Origin: Balanoglossus misakiensis | Taxonomy: Eukaryota > Animalia > Hemichordata | NCBI GenBank assembly: GCA_040954595.2 | Contig: CM082597.2 | Location: 3,272,265 to 3,336,264, forward strand | Direction of reading: 5' to 3' | Length of the DNA stretch: 64,000 nucleotides | In this document: positions 12,151-25,810 of the stretch, in pieces | Layout: every line of letters begins with the position of its first letter | Position numbering within the stretch: the stretch's first letter is position 1 | Translations under genes and position numbers: made by a program | The notes under the pieces: model-generated | Told to the model about the DNA's origin: nothing | The model's input: only the letters and a program-made list of their open reading frames with translations | Databases searched by the model: none

Positions 12151-15100
12151 GGGAGCTATTCATTCAGTTAACAAACTTACACTTTTTAAAGGGCTTGACC
12201 CGAAAGGCGTTGGTTTTCGTCACGGGCCCTCCGCACACGTGGTTTCGTGATTGACATTTGGGTTTGTGGGCAGCTGCGCCCTCATGTGATCGTGCAGATT
12301 CTGCCAGCCGACATGCTGATGGCGCACTTTGCCTGCGTGTCTATAGTGACCCCCCCCCCCCACCACCACCAGTTTGATTCCGTGTCTCGTTCTGCGCACA
12401 GCGAGTCTTGATCATGTGTTTTGAATGCAAGATGGAATGAGAGAATTCTTTACCGACTCAAATCACTGATCACTTCAAACGTGACCTGTTTAGTTCCCAG
12501 TTTCTGAAGAATAATACTTTGACCGGTGCGATACACGTCACCATTGCGTGCTTGAATATTCACCTACGGTGTCAGCTATACGGTGTCCCCGCTACACCAC
12601 ACAAGGGAGCCATTACATCGCCACACAATACCCACACCCACCATCCTTGGCGTGAAAATCATTAATCCCCATTTAGTAGCTTACTAATGTAACTCAAATA
12701 GCATCGGTGTACTTGTAATTATTTATTTATGGCGACAATAAACTCCTTATTGATTTTTCAATGTCGTCTCTACCAGACACATGGGCCTACTCAAACAAAG
12801 TATAGGCCTGTGTTTATATTCTGGTGAAGCTAAATTGATATTGGATGGACATCTGTATCGCCCTTGTAAATTCGGCATGTATTGATTTAATTATTTTAAA
12901 CATATAATAGGATTGCCCAGTTCAAGTTGAAATTTTGCACGCATCATCCTTGAAGGAGAACCCCTCCCCCCCAAAAAACAACAATACTCTGCCTGCGTAT
13001 GCGATTACCTATAGTACATGTACATGTATAGCGGATTTGAACAGTATAGATGGTGGGTTTTTATTCCCATGGAAACAAGCCGCCACGCCCTGCTTGAATG
13101 ACGTGACACCACTCCAATATTCGTACGCTCAGGTGAGCAGCGGTCAATTCGGTAACCAGGTACTCGATGTCATCTCTAAGGGCGCATTCACATGCAAATG
13201 GCAATCGCGCTGGCAGGCTTGTTGTCGGAGCTGAGGTTATGACTATTGTTGTGGCACGAAGGGGTCGCACGTAACTTCTTATCGCGGCTGGATATCGTCT
13301 CCTTTCTCCCGAATAAGAAGCAAATTCACGTCCGCTATCTTCCCCGTGGACTTTCCTGGTGAAAAGGTAGGATATTTTAATTGTATGCGCCTTTCATTAA
13401 CACTGTCATAGGTGTGAACGGTCGGAAGTGTTGGCCTTGTTCAAACCGTGTATGGCTTCCTCGGGCTATGTACTGACCACTATTAGCACCTTGAAACGCC
13501 CAGAAGACAGCCGTGGCCTTCCGTTAATATGCGTTAATTAATTAATTAACACGAAGCGTCTATGTCCAGCTATTGGCATGGCGACACGCCAAGCTGATCA
13601 TTTCGTGTTGTCATTCAGCCCAACAGGGACTGGATAGAAAAAGGATTACTAAACTAACAATACAGTCTTTGAATAGTTACGTTGTTAGAAACGGTGGACT
13701 CAATTGTCCCACTGGAGACCAACGTTCTGTATACTTTGGGGATTGGCCTACGCGAGTTTTGTCTCTGTCGTTGTGCTTTTGTGTCGCCCACAAGTCTTTA
13801 TATTACCAGGAAGACGAATGTAATAATCCGTTGAAAGTCAGTAGCTGACTAGTTGCATGAGATTAGCATAGACAACAGAGCTGAAATGTACTTCTGCAGA
13901 CTGTAAAGGGACTGGATCACGCCATGTAAACTCGAGAACTCCTCCTTCAGAAGTTGCAATCGCCGCAAATCCGAGGACTTTGACCGGGCGCTGACTGTCG
14001 GAATCTTAACTCTTTATCTGAAAGGCAGCCGGAGAGGTCTTCGTAATGAGTGATTTCGGCTGTTGCTTTGGGCTAAAGACAAGCATAACTTTCTAGAAAC
14101 ACGACAGACACGATAATACGGGCACCATTAAAACAAATACTTAGCGGAATTTCACTGTTGTGACGGCCCCGCGCAGTTGTGACATGGATTAAAGTATAGG
14201 AGATTCTATAAATACGGAAACGAGCGATACGTACCTGTGTAGTTTAAGTTAACGAGGAACAAAGTAACTATTAATTGCCCATTGTCGGCAAATCAATTCC
14301 TGGGCCGCTACATATATATGGCCCGTGTCGCCTTTATCGGAAATTCAGTAAAGATGTTTCCTCGTAAAAGTTGACTCGCCAGTTTCACTGTTTGAGTTCA
14401 GTTACTGTTTGTGTTGGCGGCTTCTTTTGTTAGTTGGAGTCAAAATGACAAGTATGCAGGTAGGTGCAGGTTCGCAGACAGAAAAGGCAAGCGGGCAGTT
14501 AAATCGATTTAAAAATATTTAGCCATCCATAGATAGACGGGCGGACGGACATACAGACATATAGGCAGGTAGGTTGATAGATACATAGAGACATAGATAG
14601 ATAAATGAAAGCTCAAAATTTGAGTATTATAACCATACGAGCAGGCCTCGGGTCGAAGTTCACGTAGCCACTCGCTGTATTTTGGTGAAAATATTTGTAT
14701 AGCCTGCTATCGATTGGATCGAGCAAACAAATTGTAGAAATCTATCTGTGGACTCTGCAAACACATTATTGGTATGCGTTGCCTGTCTACGTTGTAAGAG
14801 CGGTCATCTCAAGCACTACCCTAGTTGACGTCCGAGCTGTGTGCAGAGCTTGGACAATGCTCGTCAGAATGGCACAGGAAAAAGCTCGTAAATGCTGTCT
14901 ACGTTAACAGTTTACGACTGCAGTGCTCATATTGTTCGAGTACATGCATTAAGAAATGATGAGCGTCACATGTTCAAACCAGTCCCGTGCCTTGCAATCT
15001 TAAACATAATCAAGTCTTAGTAGCGACACTAGTCTAACGCCGCACACCTTAGGTTATTTTAAGGCAGTTCGTGCCGACCTCGAAAAGTAGCCAAGGATCG

Positions 15101-15604
15101 CTTTCCATTGTGAAGTCAATAACCACAAACACTGACGTGTCCACCACGGTCACATCGCGTCTTTTCAACGGCACCGCTGTCGTGGCAACGTCACTGAATC
15201 TTGAAATGTATACTTGTTTACAATTCAAAGGTTACTGTATATCGATTATTGGGAACCTTTACAGAAGGTCGTGACAGGGGGGTCGTGTTCTGCCATAACA
15301 TTCATAGAAAGGGCCTTGGATTTTAGTGTAAAGGATTAATTTGACCGAGAAATTTGAGACTGAAAATATGTTGTCGCCAACTTCGCGAGCCACCCACAGT
15401 ACACACAGTACATCTCTCTGTGGTAGACTGATAAAAACAAGGGGAACATGCAAGGAACTTGTAGAGGGCGCGCTTCAGACCAAGAAGTTCTTATTTATGT
15501 TTCTCTTTTATTTTATTTTATTACAGTACCATCATGTAATCGCCAAATAACTGTTTCTGGCTCACTAACACCCCGTTGACGTCACAGACTCGGATTCAGT
15601 CACC

Positions 15605-16930
15605 ATGGATTTCGCGTACATCTTCGGAGGCCAGCGGACGACGAAGAAACCGTCGACCCTGAGGAAGAAACGCGAAGAACCTGTCGCCAAGTACATCGAC
15701 AAATCCAGGGCCATCGCCATCGCCAGGCAGCTGAAGATCACCAAGGTGGGCAAGGTGACCTTGAGGATCAACAGCAAGAACTCCATCGACTCGGAGCTGC
15801 CGAAGGTCCCGCTGTCCGACACCAGGATGACGACGAGGAAGGCGATTCTGGAGAAGCAGAAGGGCCTGAACACGGCCATGCACACCAAGGAGAGCGCGGT
15901 GGGCAAGTGCATCCTGAAAACCAACGACTACCAGAACAGACAGCTGAAACTCTACGTCAACAACATGCAGGAGGACAAGGAGCGCACCCGCCACGGGATG
16001 AAAGAGAAGAAGCGCGCGTTCGTGTCCAGGCAACGCAGCTTCAACCTGGAGCCAATCACAGCCGTCGACGACGAGCTCGAGTATGTCCAGCAGCAGCGAA
16101 AGCGAGGCGGTATCACCACGGACATTGTGAGCGACTATCCGCAATCCCCGAGCCAACAGCAGCCCCCGGATGTCTACAGATCCGCCTTCAATTTCTCTCT
16201 TCGACGACAGAGCTCTTCCCTGACGTCCGGGATCTTTCTGACGACTCCCGGCGTCGGAGGAAGAAGCAGCCGCGCGAGAGACAGAATCGCAGAAGTGACA
16301 GACGAGGAGGGAAAATCGCGAGACGGGTCGACTGCAAAATCGCGGGTGTCGGGCAACCTTACGAGGGAAAACACGACAATGAGCTTGAGGAGTGTTGGGC
16401 CGTCCAGACCATCGACGTCGGACAACGAGGAACAAGAGCCATCAGGCGACGAAAGGCGTCGCAGATCAACAAAGAGAGTCTCTATACTCGAGGAGAACAA
16501 GCCGAAAGAACAAGAGAAAAAGCCACCAAGCCGCAGGAGACGCGGCAGACGCCAATACTCCGTGGTGTCCCTCATCCCCAAACGCAGCCCAACTCCCACA
16601 CGTGCCAGCGAGGTCAGGTCACATGGTGCCAAATCGCGCATGATCAGTCCAATAGACGAGCTACCGCCCTCTAGCGAGTACGACGGGAACGCAACCGACG
16701 ACGAACGCTTCACCGCGCTGGAAGATCTTCTGGTGCCCGATTCCAACCAGGAGGCGCAGCTCATCGCCTCAGAATATGCCAAGCAGTTCGCTTACAAGGC
16801 CAAGTATTCACACCGCAGACCCAAAAACATGCCGGGGGTGAAGAATGAGGAAAACGTGAAGAAGTTCAACAGTTTTCTCGAGGCCAACAGACTGAGAAAG
16901 CTATCGTCTCGAAGTACAGGGTCGTTTTAA
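15605..16930 (+). CDS. Uncharacterised 441-aa Lys/Arg/Ser-rich protein with a short predicted coiled coil; single coding exon
   Basis: Long ORF with Kozak-like CACCATGG and strongly C/G-ending codons. Upstream acceptor TTTTATTACAG| at 15526, candidate upstream donor CAG|GTAGGT at 14459/14460, AATAAA at 17412. No family recognised with confidence. Confidence 0.8.
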   Translation: MDFAYIFGGQRTTKKPSTLRKKREEPVAKYIDKSRAIAIARQLKITKVGKVTLRINSKNSIDSELPKVPLSDTRMTTRKAILEKQKGLNTAMHTKESAVGKCILKTNDYQNRQLKLYVNNMQEDKERTRHGMKEKKRAFVSRQRSFNLEPITAVDDELEYVQQQRKRGGITTDIVSDYPQSPSQQQPPDVYRSAFNFSLRRQSSSLTSGIFLTTPGVGGRSSRARDRIAEVTDEEGKSRDGSTAKSRVSGNLTRENTTMSLRSVGPSRPSTSDNEEQEPSGDERRRRSTKRVSILEENKPKEQEKKPPSRRRRGRRQYSVVSLIPKRSPTPTRASEVRSHGAKSRMISPIDELPPSSEYDGNATDDERFTALEDLLVPDSNQEAQLIASEYAKQFAYKAKYSHRRPKNMPGVKNEENVKKFNSFLEANRLRKLSSRSTGSF

Positions 16931-19569
16931 GCACACGACATGCGCCATCTGCACGACCAGTGTCAAATCTATGGACGAGTTTACTTCTACAAAAGTGAAA
17001 CCTCGTTTTGAGGTATCGTCTGCTCAGCATTAATGGAGTTTTATGTCTTCCGCTTTGCAGTATTGCAAGACATTTATATAAATAATGAACCTTTCACTAA
17101 GAAAAAGATAAAGCCAAAATATAGCAGATTATGCCTGCGTCAAATTGGTCGACGAATGGAGGGGCGAAATCGAACACTTTGCGATTGACTTAGACTTGTG
17201 AAAAGATTTTATCAGACCAATCTGTATACGCGTTTAGACTACCTGAAATAATAACGACATTGTTGTAGAAACAGTTACTGTGCCAAAAGTTTTCACAAAA
17301 CGTCTAATCTTCGCCGACAGATCGCACAATCAACGTACTCCTTGTAATTGTTTATTTACACCTATCGCATACACTTCTATATTTACGTGTTTGCAAATGC
17401 ATTGAATAGACAATAAAGATAATTTTACACGTGATACTTTTTAATATTGCATCGTTTTTATACTGGAAACAGCAAACGTTTATGTTTAATGGCTCGCAAC
17501 TTTTTTCTTCAAAAACCTACAAAAGCATTCGGAGTTTAAATTCGCATAATTATTTAGCTTAGGTTGTGTGATAGGTCCAGTGCCAATGGTAGAGCGTTTG
17601 GACAGTTTCCTTTGTTATTGTAATCTGCTGTTAATTGGGCAAGGGCTCCAGGTGAATGCAGCATAATATGTAAATTATTCCTATGTATTTGTGAACCTGA
17701 AAAGTAACCACGTTACAGTGCAGTGCCGCTAATCTACCAGAAAGAAACGAAGGCCTGTTTCTGCGGAGATTCAGTTCTACTGACCAAGTTCCCTTTGTGT
17801 AAGAGAGCGACCGTCGCTGTCATGGGTCGGCTTGTTACCGAATCGACTACTGCTGTCTGGCTGGAGTTTGAAGCAGTCATTTATTACGGTAATGTTCTTT
17901 GTGATGTAACGTCGCCATTGAGAGGGAGAAGTTGTATTGTAATTTTGTGCATATGGAAAAGGTGCTAATGAAAACGATTGTTCATGCGAACTTCGTCAAT
18001 GTTCGTCGATTCTTGCATTGGTGCGACGTAAACTTAGACGGAGGGCTGGCGGATCCGCAGCACAATGTGTACATCGTACAGCAAACTGCATATACCCAGA
18101 CAATATAGCAAGATTGTATCTCCCAATTCTCGGTACATTAAAGGCTCAATAGCTGTCAATTTCTAAAATTATTTTCTTGATAATATTTTCGAACTTAAAA
18201 GGTAGCAACAATTGAACAACTCACCTGTTTGTGGCCCTGTTCTGCATCAAGAATAATGCTCACGATCCGCAGATGACGTTCCAAGGGAAAAGAACTCGCT
18301 CTTAGAATTAGTTTAATCCTGTCCTGTAAACCACAAGTCAACAACATATGACTCTGCAAAGCTCAGCTCCCACACATGATTATCACTTATCAATAATTAC
18401 GGTATTCATCATTTGTTATTGATGACGTTTGTTACGTCATAAGTAAGTAAGTAAGGATGAATTATTTATATGGACTCTAAATAGTAATTTGATCAATTTT
18501 TTGGCCTACATAATAGCAATGCATCGTTATTAAGTTTGGTCTGTCTGAACAATGTGATGGTTTTTGTAATACATCGGCGTTATTGTAAAAGTTAATTGTA
18601 ATTACACTGTCTGCAGCTGATCATCATTTAGTATTAAATATTCATCATTTATTTTTTTTTCATTGTAATTTGAAAATTAATGCTTTCATCAAGACCATCA
18701 TCATCAAACAACACGTTGCATAATTATTTTTTTATTTCAAATTAAGACTCTCACCTTCCTATATCTTTACATATTCACTTCATTCACCAATACACATTAA
18801 TACATCACAGTTTAAGCTATACATATAGACTTTTTCAAAACAAGAAATAAAATGCTGTAATGGCGAGTGTCGGTAATTAAAAATTTTCCCAATTTTTCCA
18901 AGAAACAAATACAAGTTCCCTTGTAACCAATAGCAGGCTATCCCATTACTAAGAGGGGGGGGGGCACACTTTTCCAGTTGGGTGATTGTCATTTGCATGA
19001 CAACCATACGATGATATGTTGCACTTTTTCACATCAGCAGAATTGTTGGCCTATTAAAAGCACAGCTCAGCTTTTGATATGCTGAGTCTAGTAAATAGAT
19101 TAGTGCAGTGTTTTGGCAATTAAACACTTTGAAAATCATAAAAAGAAATCATTTTTAAAAAGAAAAAAACAACAACAACAACAACCACCTTTGTCAAAAG
19201 TGGCTAGACTACCACATGTAATAATGAACATTTTTTGAAGTACATGTACAAGAAAGATTTTGGCATCTCAGAAAGAATGCTGTAACTTGATTAGATTTTT
19301 CTCAGAACGATATTTTTTTTTAAATCCAAGGACTGATTTGTGTGATGTATGCAGAATTGTACTGAACGAAATACAGATTGTGAATGAGAATAAATTAAAA
19401 CTGCGTCCTGGTTACGGATGCAGATTGCAGGCTCGGGAATAACAAGCAACTGTTCCACTGAGTTGAGTATAGTCAAGAATCAAGTGGACTGTTTGGCTGA
19501 AGATAAACATAGGCCTGTTATTTCCTGCTGCCTGAAAACGGACATTGCACATCTTGTAAGAACATTTTC

Positions 19570-22500
19570 TTAGTCCAGAGACATGGCGTCTTCAGTTGAC
19601 CCTTGACCCGCAGTCGACCCTTGATGACCTTCTGTGGAACCTTCGACTGCCATTGATTCAGGCTGACTGGATTCTCCCACTTCCATGGATGCTGCTCCGT
19701 CTTCCTGGCCCGGAGTCTTGCCTCTCCGGTGCTCTGCCAGCCACTTGTCTATCTTCTCCTTCAGCTCCGTGTTGATGGCCACCTGTTCCATTGTTAGTGG
19801 ACTGCGATTAAATGGATCTGTCTGGTCACTGCAAATGCAAAAACAAGATGCTTGAATCTCTCTGCTCAACAGACTTAATTTAATTGTTCGTTTTTTTGGT
19901 ATTTCTGTATTTTCTGGTGACCATATATGGGACACTATATCGTGTGTGACAATCTCTTGTTTGTATTGTATAAAGTAAGTCCAGCAAAATATTGCGAACA
20001 TGAGGATGTAATGGTGGTTCAAAGACCAGGATGTGTGACCTTTGGGGTCACCACAAGAGGCCCCCCTGCACTCACCTGAGTAAATGTCTGGCGATTGTGG
20101 TCCTGTCGACTGTCAGCCTCGACGATGGCAAGAGTACTGGCTCAGTCATGAGAGTTGACATGATCGGATCGAGGAATTCATCCGGGATTTCCCCGAGAAT
20201 CTCCTCGTCTCTCTCCTGCTGTGTGGCCACTTCCTGAGAATGTACCAGAGGGATTTGTGTGATTGGGCGAAAAATGAAGACGACACTAAACAAAACATAC
20301 ATACATATATACATACACACACACACATATATACAAACATACAAACATATAAACATACATACATACATACATACATACATACATACATACATACATACAG
20401 ACACAACTGATCCCATAAGGTCCCACTGGTATATATATCTAGTCATACCTTCACTCTCTTGGCAAACTTTTCCACATCCTGGACAAGTTCCACCTCACCA
20501 ATCTTCTGCAGCGTACGCATTGCACTGGGAAAGAGGGTATCGCTATAGGAACGTCCGTCGCTGGACACGGCCGAGTAGAACCTGTCCACGCGCCCGAGAC
20601 TGACGTACATCTGACAGATGTCCTTGACCAGCTGACGGGGTTTGAAGTCGAGTTCATCAAAGTCTTTCACTTTGAGAGTTTTCATCTTGGGACCGACCTG
20701 TGTTAGAGTGCAGAAGGGGTTAAATATATCTGTCGCTAGTACTGGCATCATGTGACTGTTTAAGTGTCTGCTGTCAATCGAATGATGTACTGGTAAAGGT
20801 TTGTTGGGCAACTTACCAAATGGAGGAGGAAGTAGTTCAACATGGATGCCACTCTGTCAATCATTGATGGACATGTAAATATTGACTGAAGTCCTGTTTG
20901 AGAGAGAGAGAGATATATATACAATAAGATTTTTGAGAAATCATAAATTTTGCCCTAGAGAGAGGCATATATAGTACATTCACTGCAGCTAGTCAGCTGT
21001 ATTGGATCAGATCACAAAACAACAATGCAATATGCTCATTAAACACATCAATAGTAGTTTGCAAGGCTTACCTTTGGAAAGGAATTTTAGTGTGTGTATA
21101 GTGTCGTTCGACATGATATTATGGAATCTGGTCAGCTGACTGTATCCATGAAGTGTAGATTCCCGCTGTTGTCGTTGTTGAGTACTGAGGTCGTTCCACT
21201 CACCATTGTCACGCGCTCTCTGCATGTCTCTCACTTGTGTCAGAAGCTGAAATGACAGGTAGCCAATCAGAGGCAATATTCAAATAATATGCAAACTAAA
21301 GGGTTTGTCCAATAGGAAGCAAGAACCTTTTGAAGACAGACAGAAATTTACATACCTGGAATGCTTCATCCAATAAGAAGATGGAATCGTTCAGCAGTAG
21401 ATTAATAAACCTCAGAAATAGTGGAGGATTGACTGACTCAATATTCTCCTCTGCCAAGGCACATAACTCCTACAAAAAAAGTGACAATAATATCTGAGAA
21501 GATGTGCATATTTTAATAATTTGTGAAACGATATACTGTGAAACAATATCTACATGCAAGTCAGAAAACAGGAACAAGCTTGATTTTCACTGATTTTCAC
21601 TCACTCTGACGTTTTGCCTGTGTATGGGAAAGGCCCAGATATGGTCCAGGATTCGGTACATGGGACGCCGGTAGTTGAATTTCTGCTCAAACTGGTTCGG
21701 GTCACCAGTGCATTCAATGGAGACGAAGACGTGGATGAGGGCTGTGGTCAACATCTTGGTGAGTGGATTCTCCTTGAAGAGTAGGTTCCTGTCATATCTG
21801 TAAGACAAGAACCAATCGGATCAGTGGTGTCATTATATGAGTGAGACACGAACCAATCAAATCAGGGTTTTTATAATATGTTTGAGACACAAACCAATCG
21901 GATCAGTGGTGTCATTATATGTTTGAGACACGAACCAATCAAATCAGGGTTTTCATAGCATGTGTGAGACACGAACCAATCAAATCAGTGGTGTCATAAT
22001 ATGTGTGACAGGAACCCAAAACATTGACCCCCTAACTTAGGCATCCTGGATGACACACTGCTGCATCTACTAACCCTGGCTTAGGGGGATCATTCGGCAT
22101 GACACACTCCAGCACCTCCGCCATCTTGGCGCGTAAATGCGGGTTCTTCATGCGTTCAGGACTTCCCATGAACAACGTGACGAACGACACCAAGTGGTGC
22201 AGGCTCTCCCCGACCTCTCCCAAGATGGAGTGATTGAACCGGTGCAGGGCCACCATCAAGTCCACCACATTGTCCACCAAGAGCTCCGGGAAACAAGGAA
22301 GGATCTGCGACCGGTGCTCCTCCGGCAGGGGCAGCGACGGAGCCACCAGGGTCCGGCTGGAATCGGTGACTGCATAGTGGGAGAGGAGTCGGGAAGTGGC
22401 CACCACCAGGTCGACGTATAACTGCAGGTTCTGTGGCTCTAGAAGAGCTGCCTTCATCGACAGGAACATTGTCATACCTTTATAGGGGAGGGAAGGAAAG

Positions 22501-25500
22501 AACATAGAGTTATTGGTCAGTATGTATGTATGTTATTGTATTTATGTATGTGTGTGTGTGTGTATTTATGTATGTATGTATGTTTGTATGTATGTGTGTG
22601 TCTGTGCGTGTGTATGTATGTATGTATGTATGTATGTATGTATGTATGAATGAATGAATGAATGAATGAATGAATGAATGAATGATTGAATGAATGAATG
22701 AATGAATGAATGAATGAATGAAGGAGAGAGTGAGTGAAAAAAAATAAAGAGTCACCTCTGTCCATTTCTTCTCGGATTTTCTGCATGACATCGCTCTCTC
22801 CTCCGGATATCCTCCGACCATCTTCGTACGCTCTCTGAATTCGGTTCAGATCCCGCGTCAGCTTTGTGAACTGCGTGTAGACGGCGTGGAACCCCAGCTG
22901 CAGGCATTTGTGGGCCATGAAGAAGATCTCAGTACTGAAGTTGTACGAAGGTTTCGTTGGCACCCTGATTTCTTCGTTCTCTTCTAGCTGCGTCAGCGAG
23001 GTTTCATTGCTTAAATCTGCAGAGGGTGTGTTGAAAAATTGTCGGATATTGTACAGTTTTTTCACAGCCTTATGAACTGAGAAATGTAGTCTGGATGAAT
23101 CATTCAAGGTTTGTCACATGATGGCGCTAAAACCATAGACCAGCCCATGCAACCGGTGCAAAATGTGTATGCTGCTTTCATTTGTCACTTACAAATCAAT
23201 CACCATTTCATCTTAAAGATTAAATACTACACTGAAATCATTAAAGAACAGACTAGTCAAAATGCTGCAAAACCAGAAATCACTGGCCTTACTTTTCATG
23301 TGTATACCAGCCTCTATTGTATCTTTATCAGGGACCTTGGCGTAGGTCTGGTCAATCTTCAGCAACTTCTCGCTGGCACCCAGCGATATGAAAGGCTTGC
23401 ACAGACGCAGCAGCACTGCACCGAGATTTATCATGAAGCCGTGACTGGCGAACTGCAGCCGATGTCCCATGATGCTCCAGATCTTGGCACGGCCTAGGAT
23501 GTGCGAACAAGTATGGATGAAAACTTCAGACAGTTGAATTCATTATTTGGGTTATTATCATGTAGGCTATGCCTTACTGGAATTTTTGTTACCTTGACAG
23601 AGCGATCACTGCCGTGAAATATTCTCAAAGGTGATTCAACCCAAATGAGGCAAGGTGCAGCCCATACCTGAATTTGCATGCAGGCAATTTCCAATCCACT
23701 GTAAAAGTTTATTCTTGACATCGGGCGATGACTTCAGCAAGGCGAGAAACAGCTGATGCAGCTTGTCGTTGAGAATGCTCATTGGCTGTATATTAACAGA
23801 GGCATAAATTAGGATCAATAATCTTTTAATAGAGTATACCTATTCATACTAACAAACTCCCTTGATGTATAGTATTAAGGTCACACAAAAAATACAATCA
23901 TTATGACAACACACCTGCCATATACTGGCCTCTGTCGCCTGGTGTTGCTGTTGAGTTGCTCTTGACGGCAAGTCAAAGAATTCGTACGGACCCCTCTCTT
24001 GGTTAACTACACATGACATGGACAGCAGACAACCGACGGAACTATTCTCGTAGTCTTTACCGTTGTTAACATCTCTTGCCTGCATGGTAACTACAAGAAC
24101 CTGAAATCACAATAACAATGGAACAGTTAAACAATAGAAACTCATCATTATTACAATAAATGATACTGTTATGCAAATTATTTCATAATGTATCTGAGCA
24201 CTGCACCTACCTCTGCCAGCGAGGGCCTCCTTGTGAAGAAGTTGATGACCTCTAAGTAGGTATAATTCGAGGCGTTCATGATGGATTTATTCCCCAGCAG
24301 TCTGTCGTGTGTGATTTCGAGTATGGGTGCGAGGATCGTGTGGAAACTGTGCTGCCCGTCTTCCTCCATTCGTTGAATCATTTTGTCCAGGAAGTCGGTC
24401 AAGATGTCCAAGTCTGTGGAACAGAGAAGGAAATTAGCTCCAGTGAAATCTCAATAAGTCTTGTTTCCACTCTCACATTTGGACTGGTGTGCAATTTACC
24501 AATGGATGATGTGGTGTGTCTGATAAATCATATAAACAGGCAATGCTACTTTAAGACTAGTCAAACAATAAAAAGAAATCTCATATAACTTGGGTAACCT
24601 TACCACCAGCGGTGTACTTCTCCCGGAAGAGATCCACAATGTGCCTCTGGATGTTTTCCGTGTCCAGAACATCCGGGGTGGTTAAAGCTGTCACGGCATA
24701 CGACACAAGCATTTTCCGGCATCTCTCAACTGATTCCTTCTTGCTGTCCTGTCAATCATACATCGCAAATCAAAAGGTCATAAAGGGTTCATACAACTTA
24801 AAAATCCACGACTTTTGACAGCCTTTAAAGTGGTACTGTCTTTCATCAACGATCAATACATACCTGTACTTTGTTTTGTTTCAGTGATCTTTGATAACAT
24901 CCCACTAAGTAATGAATTAATGATGTCTCTGTTGCATCAGCTTGGGTCCTGCTGTCTCCAAGATGTTTACCAGTTGTATCAACAAGAGTCTTTGCTGGAC
25001 ATTTCATCAGGAGTCTCTCAAACACACCCTGTCAAACGGGAAAAAACACCGAATCAATGAAGGCTCATATTTCATATGTTAGAGAGCTTTATATAACTTT
25101 CTGCAATTTCATTGGTTGGTGAACTATCAGCTTTACATAATACCCCTTAGGTACGAAGAGAAAGGCTTTACCTGATCCAGGTTATCCCAGTCCAACCAAT
25201 AATTCTCTTGTGCAAGGTCTGGTAGATACACACAATATGTGGGTATATTCATTGCACCTGATACTGGTTCTACAAAATAAAGAGTGGAAAGAAAAAATTA
25301 TCACAACTGGGCCAACCATGGGTTTTAGATGGTTGGAAATGAACAATCGGTCCGCACTGTAAATGAGATCTTCTATTTTTCGAATTACTACAGTATCAGT
25401 ATTGAGTGTTCAGTGGACTTTTGTCAAAGCAGACAATACGTTGCTTCAAAGTTAATTACCCCTCTGAACCTGGCAATATGGGTCCTGCATGCAACCAGCT

Positions 25501-25810
25501 TGCTGCTCAGCTTACCTTTGTCTACAGTGATGAGAAATATCCTCTGGATGACATTATTTATTTCGAGTTTCTCCTCCGCCAAGGTCTTGACGTTTTCTTG
25601 ATCATCACTCTGCGTCTTACCGGATTCTTTCTCTGTATCTTCCCTGTGTCCCTCATCACTCCCCTTCTCTGCGCTCTCTCTGATTTCACTCTCTTGTAAA
25701 CTCTTCTCTGTGATGGTGTCTAGGTTTGCAGTGGGTTGCAGCAACGCGGCAAATGGGTTATCGTTGAGATCTGCTGGATCTGGAGCGGGCACTGGCGTGT
25801 CACCACTCAT
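19570..25810 (-). CDS. UBE4A: Ubiquitin conjugation factor E4 A (Ufd2-family U-box E3/E4 ligase), about 17 coding exons
   Basis: N-terminal DNPFAALL and [10 protein letters not shown]. Ufd2P core motifs [59 protein letters not shown] and [14 protein letters not shown]-box [23 protein letters not shown]...[25 protein letters not shown] at 25810; 5' UTR exon donor near 26235. Confidence 0.96.
20295..20399. repeat. (ACAT)n microsatellite in a UBE4A intron
   Basis: Directly visible tetranucleotide run. Confidence 0.95.
21803..22015. repeat. 41-bp minisatellite, about 5 units, in a UBE4A intron
   Basis: ACCAATC recurs at 21811, 21852, 21893, 21934 and 21975. Confidence 0.92.
22520..22721. repeat. 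Compound (TATG)n-(TGAA)n microsatellite in a UBE4A intron
   Basis: Directly visible; fills most of the intron. Confidence 0.95.

Noticed and set aside
12185-12215. GGGCTTGACCCGAAA, resembling stem II of Penelope-type minimal hammerhead ribozymes
   Set aside because: The required upstream CUGANGA core is absent (TTTTAAA instead) and no Penelope ORF is nearby.
15565-16782. Long overlapping ORFs (279, 255, 202 and 119 aa) on other frames and strands
   Set aside because: Expected by-products of the GC3-rich 441-aa CDS.
21803-22015. Regularly spaced repeat resembling a CRISPR array
   Set aside because: Units are tandem with no unique spacers, lie in a spliceosomal intron and have no cas genes nearby.
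20072-22821. ORFs such as MYVCMYVC and HSFIHSFI
   Set aside because: Translations of tetranucleotide microsatellites in UBE4A introns.
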